From the NCBI RefSeq assembly GCF_006345805.1, contig NW_021832223.1:458134-522133 (forward strand): DNA of 64,000 nucleotides, read 5' to 3'. Positions 28,640 through 42,850 of the stretch are shown one piece after another (the first letter of the stretch is position 1; every line of letters begins with the position of its first letter). The translations under genes and the position numbers were made by a program. The stretch comes from Octopus sinensis. Taxonomy: Eukaryota. The notes beneath the pieces were generated by a model. That model saw nothing but the letters and a program-made list of their open reading frames with translations, made no database searches and was not told the DNA's origin.

Positions 28640-29754
28640 GGAAATTTTCTTATGTTTGCATCGTTGTCTTGTATTGAAATTAAATTAAGACAAATTCAAC
28701 CTTAATAATACCTGGGCTCCAATTTCAATGGATCCCTCGTCAAATCTCCACTTTCTTCTTTGCACCATTTTTTCACCAGCATTTATTAAATTGACGTATG
28801 CTTGTTCCCGAGCCTCATTGAGGTCGTCATCATATGAAAGGAGGCTTTCCATTGTGTCATCTTCAATTTTCCCTGGATTTTCCATTCCCATGAAGAGATA
28901 AAAAGGGACTTTCTTCGTTGTCGAGTGCACTGTATTGTTGTAGTCGAAAACAATATCCTTAATACATTCAAAGTATCTTCCAAAAAATCCATTTGTGGCG
29001 CTAGTAGATGAAATCCATCGCTTTATACTTTGGTTAAATCTAATTAAGAAAATAATTAAAATACAACCTCTCCACTTGACCTTGTATCCACGGAGCTCTT
29101 GGTCGACCTCGTATGTGTTTAATTTTATATTTTTCGCATAATTTTTCAACATGAAGGTTGCAAAATTCTGTTCCATTATCCGTATGTAAAATTATTGGTG
29201 GGCCGATGAAATAAAATACTTTTTGAAATAATTCTGAAATTTCTTTTGATGTTTTAGTCATGGCAAGTTCGACAACAACATATTTAGAAAAAGAATCAAT
29301 TATAACCAAAATCTACACTAAAATGACATTAATACCCATTTAAAGGAATCATTGATTTCTGAATAACGTCGAAAGTCAATCAGATCTGCAATGTATCTGT
29401 CTCGACTCCTTCTCGCAATTATCGGGGTTATCGTTGGTTTTGAGCATAACAATTTTTTAGACTAACAATTTGTTAAGTGTGAAAAATCAAAAATACTTTG
29501 CATGGTGCACAACGAGAAATTACACGCTGTATCTCTCCCCTTGTGACTCCATAAATCAATCTTCTCAGTTTTGAGAATAAGCGGTCTCGTCCAAAGTGAT
29601 TAAGATTATGTTCCGCCTAATTTATATTGGGATAAATTCTACTTCAATAAATTTAAGCTTTAGCTCCAGTTCATCCTCGTAAAAAAAACGCAATATTTTG
29701 TCAATTTGAAGTTGGCGTTTCATTAACGGCGCGTTTCTTTATCGGACTGTGACA
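28640..29754 (-). mobile_element. Ginger-like (rve integrase) DNA transposon relic with two mini-introns
   Basis: HSHKGRD..PIIA..RYIADLIDF..KW|ILVIIDSFSKY..ILHTDNGTEF..GRPRAPWIQGQVER|FNQSIK..YNNTVHSTTKKVPF. Introns at 29313-29335 and 29040-29067. Candidate TGT terminus at 29754; no second TIR, RT or LTR seen. Confidence 0.75.
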
Positions 29755-29929
29755 TAATTTATTAAAAAAAGTCGATTTATTACAAATCCAATTTTTTTTG
29801 TCAGGCACTGTATATTACAACAATTTTCTGTCATTCTATTGCCCTAGAATGACAAAATCCCCATTCTCTTTCATTTCTGTAATTTTAAACTAGCTATAAT
29901 ATAAGTATTTTAAACCTGAAATCGACGGG

Positions 29930-30140
29930 CCCAGGTTCAGCTTGATGAGGTCTTCCTGAGAAGCTGGACCGGGGCGTTGGCTATCATGTGACCAACGATC
30001 GGTTAATCTGAGGGCCCTTTGTTGAGCCTCCTCGATTCGCCTCCTGTTGGACCACGATAGCCGCGGACCCCATTTAAGATTGAACTGTATTTAATATTGG
30101 ACCCCATTTTTCACAAATATATGAAACATGTTTCGAGAAA
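29930..30140 (-). mobile_element. CR1/L2-like RT C-terminal relic
   Basis: PIL....WGP......RRIEEAQQRALRL resembles PILEY..WSP..LERVQRRA.R. Confidence 0.45.
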
Positions 30141-30809
30141 GATAAACAGCAATCAAATTTCAGACCCAATATTTTGGGGGATTTTTCAACTGGAAGTGGA
30201 ATGTTGTCTAGGAATAGTTTAGGCTCTAAGTTGAACTAATGACGGTCAATAAAATAAATAGACGTTATAATCATTTTTGTCTGATCAGTTAATTATGGTT
30301 TTCAAGTTAAGTTTTATCATTCAATATAATCTAAACATTTTTGATTCTATATCATATTTTTAAATTATTTGAAAGTTTTCTATTTGTTCTGCCAATTGGT
30401 GGTCAATTGTGCTAATGTGGTTATAACTTTTAAAGTTTTTTTTTCAAATTTGTTAATTGCAGTCTATTCAAGGTCGTGCAGTCTGTTAATTACCACTCTA
30501 TCAACGTCAAAACTGATAATAGCTATAATTTTGATTCATAATCATACTGGTTAATGGCACATTCCAAGTTTCACTCTGATTTTATTTATGAACATTACAT
30601 TTTACACGAAAAAGAGCCAATACTGGTTAAGGGCATTTAATTTTAAAGAGAAAATTGTTGTCTATTAATTCGATAGCTATTTTGATGTGTTGATTTGTGT
30701 GTTTATTGGAATGTTTGATAAGTGTGTATTTGTATTAAAAAGTTCGTTCCGCTCAGCAATAACAAAATAAAAACTAAACAGCAAAGAAGATACTACAAAC
30801 TTCAAAAAG

Positions 30810-30940
30810 GGAAACTCAAAAATAAAAAATCTTGCGCCACCTAAATTATGCAACGGAACGAAGTTAGTTATCAAAAAATTGATGGAAGAAACGATACTAA
30901 CAGCTAGTATAAAAATGAGGATGTTTATATCTCATGAATT
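30810..30940 (+). mobile_element. Helitron PIF1-helicase fragment
   Basis: IKNLAPPKLCNGTKLVIKKLME..TILT matches the LRNL.PP.LCNGTRL motif. Confidence 0.7.
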
Positions 30941-31161
30941 TTGAAAATTTTTAGAGATGGGCTGTATGTTAGATGTTCAAGTGTAGACAGAATAGAAAAT
31001 TTATTCATAAATGCCAAGAAAAGACGGACAAAAGACGGAATTGGAGAATCCATTAAAGTAAAAAAATTAATCGAATATTATTTAGTCTAAATTGCAATTT
31101 AAAAATATTGAATTAAACAGGACGAATAAAATTGAATAAGTTAAATTCAATTTATAACTCT

Positions 31162-32335
31162 ATGACACATTTTGTTGTTTTTGCAATCATAGTAAGGAGT
31201 TTCGGCTCGAGTCCACTCATAGTAGCAATAAAGTATAAAGACAATATTCGTTCCAATATCTCCCAGAGCAACCAGTTTAATCTGAAATGGAATGAATATC
31301 TTAAAACATTTAGTTGTTCATTATACTTACTTTCGTAGATAAAAAATATCCACCACACGAAGAGAGTCGAAGAAGGGAAATATTTCGAAGCAATCTCGAA
31401 CTAATTGATCAACACAACTTGAAATACGAAAGAAGGGAGACTTCGTATGCTCTAGGCATCAATCAGTTCGCGGACATGGTGTCTCATCACTTCTCTAACT
31501 ATTCAGGACTTTGGAGAAATGCATAAAGAATCTCATTTTGACCTCAATTTAACCGAATTTCAAGAATCTCGTTCCAAGCCCGAATTTGGAGATAATTATG
31601 ACGTCCCAGTCAACTTTAGTTGGGTGGATCGCAATGCTGTCACTCATGTTAAGAGTGAAGGAAATTGTGAATCCTGTTATATATTTGGAGCTGTATAAGA
31701 CACTAATCAATTCGTAGTTGGGAAGTTTTGAAGGCCAATTCGCTATTAAATACGGCAAACTTGTTAGCTTCAGCGAGCAAAATGTAATCGACTGTATTGG
31801 ACCGGACGGATGTGCAGGGGGCTTTGCAGACGATGTTTTTAATTACATAATCAAAAATGGTGGCATCGACACCGAAGAAATGTACCCTTACGAAGCTAGG
31901 GTATACTATCTCATGTCAATCCTTAGAGTTGGTTTTGCAGATATAGGAAAAATGTTGTAAAAATGACTGGATTCAAAACATTCACATCAGAATCTGAGTT
32001 AATGAAAGCACTGATCTACATTGGACCGATTACTACATATATCTGTGCTTCAGATCCGTCAATTCTTTTTTATAAAAAAGGTAATCCTGAATGTTCCAAA
32101 ATAAGGTGTTCAAGACAATCCTCAATGCAAAAAGTGTGTAGATCACGTCATAGTGGTCGTTGGTTATGGGGTTGAGAATGGAAAAGATTATTGGTTGGTC
32201 AAGAATAGGTACAATCGACCGTCTTATTGGCAGTTGGTCTCGTCACTACGGAGAGAACGGTTATATAAAAATGGCAAGAAATAAGAACATGCAGTGTGGA
32301 TCGGACATTCCAATTTTTACCCAATTTTAGAATAA
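31162..32335 (+). CDS. CTSL: Cathepsin L-like papain-family protease, copy 1 (six introns, 25-28 nt)
   Basis: ERFNIN (EESRRREIFRSNLELIDQHN), GINQFAD, VKSEGNCESCY (Cys 31675-31677), [16 protein letters not shown]|W. The end needs one extra G (CGIG..YPILE*) to match copy 2; as written it stops at 32330. Confidence 0.92.
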
Positions 32336-32639
32336 ATATTTTCTAGCTATTCACACTTTAAATTCATTACTATCATTTATTAAAATCATTTTTTATTGGA
32401 GACTATTTTTCTATATTTAATTTCTTGATTGAAGGTTTTAATGGAATGCGTTTCAAAGACATTCACGTTGTTCATTTTAACCAGAAATAGAGAAAAAAAT
32501 TTTTTTGGGGGAAAGTTTTAAGGACCGCGTCATGTGTGTTGAGGACTTTCTTGTTGTTCATTTTAACCAAAATGGATAAAAAGTTTTTTAATTTTTTAAT
32601 TTCAAACTAAATTGAAAACTTTAATACATTTCTATAACT

Positions 32640-33790
32640 GTAAAAAAATAATTTATTAAAATTTCATGTCTTCAGCTCTTTTCACCACGGTTTTTTAACA
32701 TCTGCTTTTACTACAGACCAAATATGTTTAGCCCCAGTGGCTGAAGACTATGGATGTTGGAATTCAAACGTCGTGGGTTCGAATCCGATAGAACCAAGTT
32801 TTCAGCCAGGGTCAAATCTTGTCAACGTTCCCCACCCGTGAGGCGACGAGTCCATCTGGCACGACACAGATGTCGAAAGGGGGACCTCCTACCTCCCCTG
32901 ATCACATTACCAATGAAGAATCTCCATTATGCAAAAAACCCGTCCGGATTCAAATGAAGTGCGGTGAGCTACGGTAGGAGGCTGACAAATGGGAACTGGA
33001 CATACCAGAAATTCCCCACCTCTCTTTGGAGACGGATGGCTGTAATGTAGATTTCGAGGCTAATGTTGATCGGCACAAGCAATCCCTTCGTTCCTTGCTC
33101 CCTCATTTGATTAATTAGTTGTGACTGTTTGTGCTGGGCTTGCCATGTTGTGCAAGCTTGGGGGTTATAAATAAATAAATAAGATTAACCACTGGACTGT
33201 AAAAAGCCAATATTAAAAATTTCTGAATCTTAAATTCCTATTCTAATAAATACGATAATGGCAGGAGGTGTTATCCAAGACAACTAAAAATTGTCTTGAA
33301 CATGACCTCATCCATTCAATTGCATTTTCTCGACAAAATGTTCCTCTTTAAGCTTCATAATATATTTAATCCAAGCGAACCAATACACTCAATCATGTGA
33401 ATATTATTGCCTTTTGAACCTGCCGAAACACCTAATCTCCCCTCAGATATTGAAATTACTCTCAGCCATAATATGAATTGGAAAATTTTGTCTTTTATAA
33501 GCTAACAAATTTCGTACAAACTGTTTTCTTTTTTCTTTATTTTAAATATTATTAACTTTCTCAGGTTCAAACTTTACTTTTTTGAGTCAAATGTCTAAAA
33601 AAGTACTCTTTGATATAGCCAATTGATGAAATTCAGCAAATTTGTCAAAAAACCACTTATTTCATAAAAGGTATTTTCTTCAATGTTACTGCAAATTGCC
33701 ATTTCATTAATTTCTGTAACTCAACGACTATCGGGTTTGTTCTTATTTATATCCCACGATAGGCCGTAGGTTGAGGAAAAAATCTTAAAT
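32640..33790 (-). mobile_element. Tc1/IS630-like DDE transposase relic, split by the SINE
   Basis: VVLDNTSCH..FYSPVVN on one side of the SINE and HIWSVVKADVK on the other. Confidence 0.7.
32730..33183 (+). mobile_element. tRNA-derived SINE
   Basis: A-box-like CCCAGTGGCTGAAG, B box GGTTCGAATCC near 32776-32786, non-coding body and (TAAA)n tail. A diverged body copy lies at 54510-54620. Confidence 0.8.
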
Positions 33791-33988
33791 AATGCTATAA
33801 TTAATTTAAATTATGTAAAAATTAAAAGAAAAACATTATTTCAATTTTAAATAAAAATAAACAATTATCGACTTTAGTGGGTCATCCAATTTCTTTCGAT
33901 TCGATCCTCACTTTTGCCCACATCTGACTACATTTACCTCTTCAATGTAAGAAAAAAATACTGATAAAATTTTATTTTAATAAAGAAT

Positions 33989-34561
33989 CTACTTATTATT
34001 TAGCATCATATGTTCGAGCGGGAATTCAGGAATAACAATTGCCGCCTCTCTACGAACTGCCTCTTCTGAATCAGAGGCATGGACAGCATTCCTGGTGTCC
34101 GAAAACCCATGGACTGCCCGAATTGTCCCCGGCTGTTCAAATTGAGTCCTTTTCCTTGACAATCCAACCTTACCTGTACACTTTTGTGGGCCCAATAAGT
34201 CCCCTCAAGTCGGCAATTGCATTCTCTTTGGCCAACAAGAGTAAAGTCACAGGACCACTTTTAAATATTTAATAAAATATTACCTTGACATATACGAAGT
34301 CAATCTATTATAATAAAACTTTTCTAATAAATTTAAAAATTATTATATCACCTGAATGCTCTGAATAAAAATTTTTGCACTGTACCACAGAGAGCAGCTT
34401 TGTTTTAATAAACACAAATTTGAATTCGTATTCTTTGAGTGTGTTTAGTATGTCCTGGAAATGAGTGGAATGAATACTCTCTGACGGTGCTTGTGGAGGA
34501 CAACATCCGGCTTGAGTATTGCAAGCGTAATTTGAAGACGTGATGCCACAGAAGTAGACAT
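33989..34561 (-). CDS. NME6: Nucleoside diphosphate kinase 6 (group II NME), 5 exons
   Basis: MSTSVASRLQITLAILKPD..FYSEHS|EKFYYNRLTSYMS|SGP..LIGPTKVYR|..PGTIRAVHGFSDTRNAVHASDS. Introns of 23, 28, 26, 25 nt give a clean ORF. Confidence 0.93.
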
Positions 34562-34660
34562 TTTTATACTTAAATTAATTATATTAATTTAATTAATTAT
34601 TTTATTTATTAATCTTATCTAGTTTTTTAGTGGGGATTTCCTACTTGTGAATTTATTCAA
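34562..34660. promoter_or_regulatory. Putative bidirectional promoter, 99 bp between start codons
   Basis: NME6 ATG at 34561 (-) and ankyrin gene ATG at 34661 (+). Core is almost pure A/T with TTAATTAA repeats. Confidence 0.6.
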
Positions 34661-37600
34661 ATGACGTCACTAAAAGACCTGGAAGTGAGTGGTTTACTCT
34701 TAATTTGCAGAACCAGCTTTTAAAGTCATGTTTTGCTGGCACTTCTGACTCAATTCGAATACATATGACTCAAAAATCAGCAATAAAATTACAAGTATGT
34801 CATACTTAATAATTTCAGAAAGAATCATACCAAAAGCTATTATTTGCAGCTGCCTATGCCTCAGAAGACCAAATATTATCCTATTTACTCGACCATGGAG
34901 TAGATGTTAATGAAATAGACTCCACCTGGCAGGGAGCCTTACACTACTGTGCCTATTCCCCCACACAAGTAGGCCAGTCTAGTAGTTGTAGACACTCTCT
35001 ACTGTTAACTGCTGATTAATCGTGGAGCCCTGTTAAATCGGTACAACAGAAATTGGCAGAGTCCCCTCTTTATTGCCCTTGTTCACAGCAATGCTAAAAT
35101 CTGTCAATTCTTTGTTGAGCAGATAAGAGAACTGAATGGAAAGGATAAGAACGGGTTGACTGCACTGCACTACGCTGTACTGAGCGACTCTCTTGAGGCA
35201 GTTTTGGGTTGCTATTGGCTAGAAAGTACATCTTGTGCTGACAAAAATGTCAAAAATTGTGAGGTGTGACTCCAGTGGGAGGACTGCACTTCATTTTGCA
35301 GCCACAAAGAACAATGTAGATATGATGGTCATTCTTATTGAATTTGATTCATCTGTGATTAATAAGTGTGATAAAATGGTTATAAATGCATTGAATATTG
35401 TTGAGGGTAACACTGCATTGCACTACTCCTGTGCTGTTGGGTCGGCTGAACATGTTAAAGTCCTCCTTGTCCATTCTGCTGACGTCACTGTTCAGAATTT
35501 GGCGGGAAATACAGCATTGCACGTGGCATGTATGAATAATAACTATGATGTGGTGGAATTGCTTATTGCCAGCAAATGTGATGTGAATGTGCTCAATAAT
35601 GAGAAATATGTATTCCCCCACCTGTACTTCCAGTCAGCACTGCACTACGTCATGAAAATGTCTCCCTCTGTCTATAAAGCCCTGGTTGACTCATCTGCCT
35701 CCATTTTGCCCACGGTGGTGTGCTAGTTGTATGTTTAGGGGTCTAATTATGGACTGATGCACATGGCTGTGTACCACCAGAATGAGATGGTCCTCAGGAT
35801 GTTGATTGAGGGGGGATTCCCGGTGGATTTGGAGGACAGTGAGGGCAACACTGCTCTCCATGTGGCTGTACTTCGACGTAATTATGTGCTGGCTCAGCTG
35901 TTGGTGGAAGCTGGGTGTCGGACAGATATGTGAGGAGTAGTATGACAGTGTTTGAGACAGGGGAAGGACGGGCTACTTCCATTCCACATTGCCTGCTGTA
36001 ATCGGGATGTCGCCCTCGCACTGTTTCTGGCACAAAACATGGACTATAGTGGGCCTGCGGATGATTGGAATCGGTCTTGTTCTGCCCTGTCCTTGCTTAT
36101 TGAGTGAGTGTGTATATATAGTTCAGTAATTCAATGTTTGAGCAGTTTCTTATGAAGGAACGAGTTCAGTCTGATTATCTGGTAGACAAGTGTGGCCGGT
36201 ATTGCTATTTTAATAAAGACAGGACACTCCTGCACTACGCAGCGGTGAGTTCTAGTCTGACGTATATCCCCGCCTTCCTGTCGACTATGGATGTCAATAT
36301 ATATGACACGACGGGGCGGACTGCCCTCCACTATGCTGCCTTCTATGGGGGGAATAACTCACTGTTGTGGGGGTTGGTCATGTTGGTAGACTGGTGGCCC
36401 ATTTGGTGAGTGCTGGGGCTGATTTGACACTCGGAGATGTCGCCCACGACTTTACCTGTCTCCATTATGCTGCCTTCAGGAACAATCCTCAGATATTTAG
36501 TGTTTGCCATTTGAGTGACTGGTAGTTCACGGATAGAGTACTCAGTCTGTGGGCAGGTAGTTGCACTCCTCTCCATATTGCTGTAAGTGCTGTGTGTCTA
36601 TTTAGGCCTATTTTGGTAATAATGAAGTGGTCAGTCACATTATTGACAAATTCCCGGGGATTATTGACAATATAGACGACCACGGTTGAGTTGTTTAGAA
36701 TGAGAGTAGGCCATTCCCCAGTGGAGTATGCTCTTTTTGGACGTAATCTGAGAACTGCTTGTATTCTGTTGGAGAATGGGGCCAGTCCGTTTAGTAGGAA
36801 GTACAGGACAGTGCTCCATCTCTGTGCGAGACTGCATTCCCCTCGCCTGGAAGAGTTGACTCAGCATCTCTCCTCTCTCTGTAATGTCAAAGACCGTCGT
36901 GGCTGGTGGGAGTGGTTGATGGTCTATTAACAGTAACCCACTTTCGGTGGCCTATGAGTATGGAAATACTAATTTGATACAACTCAACACCACCAATGTC
37001 CATTCCTCTGATGTACGAGGCACTACAGTATTACATCGACTGGTAGGCATTGCCTGATTATATTTAAGGCTGTTCTTGGATTGGAAATTCCTTCTAAGCT
37101 GGCTATGAGTTATGGGGCTCGTTGGTCAGTGTCTGACTGCACTGGGAAGCTGCCAGCACACTATGCAGTGATTGCTAACAATCTTCCATGGCTGTCGATC
37201 GACCCATATCTCAACGTGGCTATTTGTGGGCTTATTGGTGTAGGATATGTACAAAAGTTATACCATCGAAGACTGTTATGGCTTTACTTGTATACATTGG
37301 GCTGCCTACTGTGGTTGGACTTGAATTGACTGGTTTAGGACACGTTGAGTTGTTGGAACACATGTTGTCGTATGTGTCTACTGACGAGTTGGTAAAATGT
37401 TCTGATGCAGTGGGTACTGCCGGGGTGTCCCCTCTCCACTGTGCAATGTTTATTAGTGAGTGTATTATTCTAGTCATCACGATCATGTCCGAATTGCCAA
37501 GTTGTTGGTCGACTATTCTGATGTCCATTCCATGAAATTTGTCAAGCTGACAGACCACCACGAACGGTATATTTATAGTCGTAATACAGTAATGTGATTC

Positions 37601-38204
37601 ATTATTGTGCACGGTATGACGCAGTCAAGTGCTATGAATTCCTCTCTCAGTTCAATACTGGCCTAATTAATCAACTGGACGACGAATTTCATAATCCTTT
37701 GGCACTCGCAATCCTGTATGGCTCAGCAAGTATTCTAGGTTGGTATTATGGTTAATGCGATTAGAGATCATGTTGAATAAAATGTCGTTTGATGGAGAGT
37801 ATCGGGATATCAACAAGAGGACATATCTCCATTTGGCCTGTCTATCAGTAGTACTTTAGTATAGTTGTAGTCGGACTCTGATTGTTTTGGACTTGTTATT
37901 TCCAAGGAAAAGACGTCAGTGAACCAAGTCGACGTATTTGGGAGAACGTATGTTTTGGAATTGATTGTAGTCCTATTTTTTATGCTGCGCAAAATGGGTA
38001 TTTGGAGTCGGTGAGGAAGCTGATTCAGCGTGGAGCAAATGTGGATATTTTGGATGTGAATGGTTGGGAGTTTGAGGCACTGTAGGAATCTCTCCCTTTT
38101 TCTTTGCTGTTGGAGAAAACGATCAGGCAATGAGTGCTTTGGCACTGTCTCAAAACATGACTGCCAACCCTCCTAGTGATGACGATGAATCTAGTTCAGA
38201 CTAA
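34661..38204 (+). CDS. PP6 regulatory ankyrin-repeat subunit-like (ANKRD28/44/52 family), many mini-introns
   Basis: More than 20 ankyrin repeats. Family-like positions VNEIDSTWQGALH, NRNWQSPL, EDSEGNTALH..GKDGLLPFH, DDWNRSC, DCYGFTCIHWAAYCG. At least one 1-bp homopolymer shift (GTTAACTG, about 35005). Confidence 0.82.
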
Positions 38205-38699
38205 ACTTGCTGTTTTGGATATTTAATAAGATTATTTTCTTTATGATATCTATTAGGTAATTTTTCTGTTCAACCGTTTTCTGTTGGTTAGTCAATATTA
38301 ATCAGTTGCTTTGATTAGTTACACTTTTATATTTTACTATTTCTCGAAAAGCCTACTGGGTTGGATTTTTTACTATTGTTAGAACTATAAAACTAAAATC
38401 TCGTCTACTAATTTCCTCCCAAAAGGTGTTTATGCATCATCAACGGAGCTTTCGTTATAAACACAGATTCTTTAGTCTACAATCGGAAATTGGAAAGGCA
38501 ATAAATTTCATAAAAACCCACTTTGTAAAAGTCCGATTTTTTACAACTTGAAATATGAAAGATTATTTGTGAACATTATCAGGTAGATAATTAACTTACA
38601 CAAGATGTTCCACCAAAGCATATAAATTTAAGGTATTTGTGTTAACGTAGAAAAAAAGTTTTATACACGTAAAGCAATGTACAGAAGTGTTATCATGAG

Positions 38700-38885
38700 A
38701 CAAAAAGTCTACATTGTAAATCAGTTCAGATTTTCTCTACGAATCCTGTCAAATTCCCTGCTCATATCAATGCCCAATATTGTGGTTACCTTTTCAAAAT
38801 TTTGGTAAATGGCACAGATCCATCTATCTCCTTATATTACATCGACAGTTGATCTCCCAAACCTGAATCTACGTTGGATGGTTAA
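38700..38885 (-). mobile_element. Non-LTR RT relic
   Basis: FRFGRSTVDVI..WICAI..ILGIDMSREFD. Confidence 0.65.
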
Positions 38886-39066
38886 TTTCTTTTTAATAAC
38901 AATAAAGTAACGTTATTAAAATAAAATTTATCAAAACGAAAAGAATTGGAGGATCCATGAAAAGTAAAAAATTAGTCGAATTTTGTTTTATTTAAATTGC
39001 GATTTAAAAATATTAAATTAAGCAGGACGAATAAAATTGAATAAGTTAAATTCAATTTATAACTCT

Positions 39067-40240
<1,174 letters not shown>

Positions 40241-40441
40241 ATATTTTCTAGTTATTCACACCTTGAATTCATTACTATCATTTATTAAAACCATTTTTTA
40301 TTGGAGACAACTCTTCATTAGATATATTCCCCGGAATGTCCATCAATTCAGCCACAGCCCGACACTTGTCCCAAATCTCAGACACTTCCTCGACTCAAAG
40401 GACTGAACAACTTGAGTAGGCAGAGACAACCCTTCTATCGA

Positions 40442-41400
40442 CTAATTGAACTCCGCTCTCCTCTCCAAAGCATTAAGCCGGTCTTCGATAGCAACTTGTC
40501 TTGAAAATTCCAGTCTCTGTTGACTCAGTAAGACATCTCGTTCACTATCCTTGAGACTTCTCACCTCAGTCTCTGCTCTTCTCAGTTTTTCTGTGTTAAT
40601 TTTATTCAAATCGTCTTTCTAAACACAAATAAGTCAATTCTAACATAACCAATCTCATTTCCTCCTTTCTGAGACTCATCTCAGAAGCTTTCTCAGCTTG
40701 CATGACCAATTTCTCCGTCTCTTCAGTCATTTCTTCTCTTTGCTTTGATTGTTTATTCAATTCCTCCAGTTGTTCTTTCCTTTTCTGACTTTTAATGTTC
40801 TGATTATGTGTTTTGATTTCGTTGTGTAAGTAAATCAGCAATAATTCCAAATTGGCTGACTTATTATCACAAGACTTATCTAATTCTGGACAAATGGCTT
40901 CGATGTTGGACAAATTTGAAACAATTGACTCCCTCAGTGCGTTAATAATCCCTTTTGACTCTTTAAAACTCTTTTTGGCCTCCTTTAGGCCACTGCTTTC
41001 CAAAATTCTTGAATATTGCTTCAAAAAAGTTTTCATTTTCCTCAATTTCCTCTGCAGATCATAATCGAAGACCATTTTAGACAACTCCTCTGCATCTCTT
41101 ATCCTGTCTTGGAGTGTATTACTGCCAATACTAACTGTTATCAATACCAAAGCTGTTTCTGATCGGTTTTGGCAGAAATGAGCACTTCTGAACAGGTATC
41201 TTCGATTTGGTTAAGTTTGGACAATAATTCTTGTGGTTTGAGTCTCTATTTGGTAGTTCATGCATATAAGCTTGGGATAGTAGTATGTTCAGATTGGTAG
41301 CATATTGTTCAGCTTATTTTATTGCTTTTATTGTAGATTCGTGACTTAGCATAAATTTTTCTGATATAAATAATTCCAGTTGTTCGATTTTTTCTTCATT
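40442..41400 (-). CDS. Unidentified coiled-coil protein, mini-intron gene; 5' end undetermined
   Basis: RLKPQELLSKLNQIEDTC..KQLC|NTLQDRIRDAEELSK..EEMRL|KDDLNKINTEK..ERRAEFN*. Introns of 26 and 31 nt restore the frame. Confidence 0.6.
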
Positions 41401-41700
41401 TGTCAGGATTTGGGAAGGAGTGGGATGTTATTCGGGGGTTGACAAATCTGTGGACTCAATGGTTCCTGTGCTCAAAAAACTGATAAACTGGCCTGCAGGT
41501 GTTATATGTGGTGATGTGTGTTAGAATATATATTCCATGTGGTAGATATGATGAGGTATATCATGGCTGTTCAACAGGTATTTAGAAATTTGTTAAACAG
41601 TTTTGGAGATGCGGGTTATCCTTTAACTTCAACTCACTCGTGAGATCAGCTCACAGTCTTTTACATATGCGGTCTTTTAATATTTTATTTTTTAATAAAA
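41400..41700 (+). pseudogene. Possible PUL-domain (PLAA/Doa1-like) exon fragments
   Basis: VPVLKKLINWPA|EYIFHVVDMMRYIM resembles the PUL motif L.KLL.WP...FPVLD.LR. GT..AG introns of 26 and 23 nt. No upstream exons found. Confidence 0.3.
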
Positions 41701-42299
41701 TTAAAGTTTATCCTCGATTGCAAGCTATAATTGAACCTTTCCGGGGGATCTCCGTCGAAGTGCGTCGGGATCACACGCTAATTAGTTTGGTCTTAACTGT
41801 GGTCTTGGTGTCTAATAAATAAAAGCTATAATTTGCTATTTTTTGGACAAAATGTTATTTTTACTAAGGAAATTCCATTACTTGCCACGTTTCAATATTA
41901 AAAATTTATTATTAAAAAATTAATTTTCCAATTATCCATACCGCTTGTCTTTTTGTGTAACATGAGGAATGTCCACTCAGACATCCCTAAAGTGGAGCCT
42001 TGTGGATTCATAGAACATTTTAGGGGAGCCAGAAAAAAATTCAGCCCTTGAATAACAGACTTTATTTTTCAATTATTTTTTTCCACGCTAGTATTTTTAT
42101 TTGGGAGGCCGTCTTTCTTTTTCCGTGGTTATTGATAATATAAAATCTTTCGATTACTATGTGAAGAAAATGATGAAAATTTTATTGCAAGGAAAATATA
42201 TGGGAATTATTCATTCCAAAAGGCTATTATGTCATTTCAATTGTGAAAATTTTCACTGATTTACCCAACAATCTTTGAACGAGAACTCAATTTTTTTAG

Positions 42300-42850
42300 T
42301 TTCTTTTTCATCAAACTATTCGGTTGAATCTGGCTTTAGCAAAATAGTGCTGGTGGTTGATAGTATTTTCTATTTTTAAAATCTTTGAGCACAAATTTTT
42401 CTGACGAATAATACAATGAAAATGTGCAAATGATGAGCCAGGATTTAACTTATCTATTTCAACTCGCATTTTAGCAGCAACTCCAGCATGTCGTCCAGCC
42501 ATATTAGGAGCACCACCGGTGCACAAACGTACAAACTTTTTTAAATCAAATCCATAGTCAAAGAGAATTTGTTGTAGTTTTACAAAGACTTAGTAATATC
42601 GTGTATTGGTACCAATTAGAGAAATTTTTCATAAATATTAAAATCATAAATATTAAGCCCAAAAAAAGATTGTTAATTGGGTAATTCCAATAACGTCGAC
42701 TCTTTCATCAATCAGTAGAAAAATATTAAAAGAGTCAATTAAAACGAGAATCTAAATAAATCGTAATAAATACCCATTTAAAGCTGTTATTTATTGCTGA
42801 ATATCTTCTTAAATCGGTCAAATCAGCAATGTATCAATCTCTTGGGCCTC
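42300..42850 (-). mobile_element. hAT (GTF2IRD2/SPIN-like) transposase relic
   Basis: CTGGAPNMAGRHAGV..HCIIRQKNLC (degenerate TDGAP and CxxH motifs). Confidence 0.75.
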
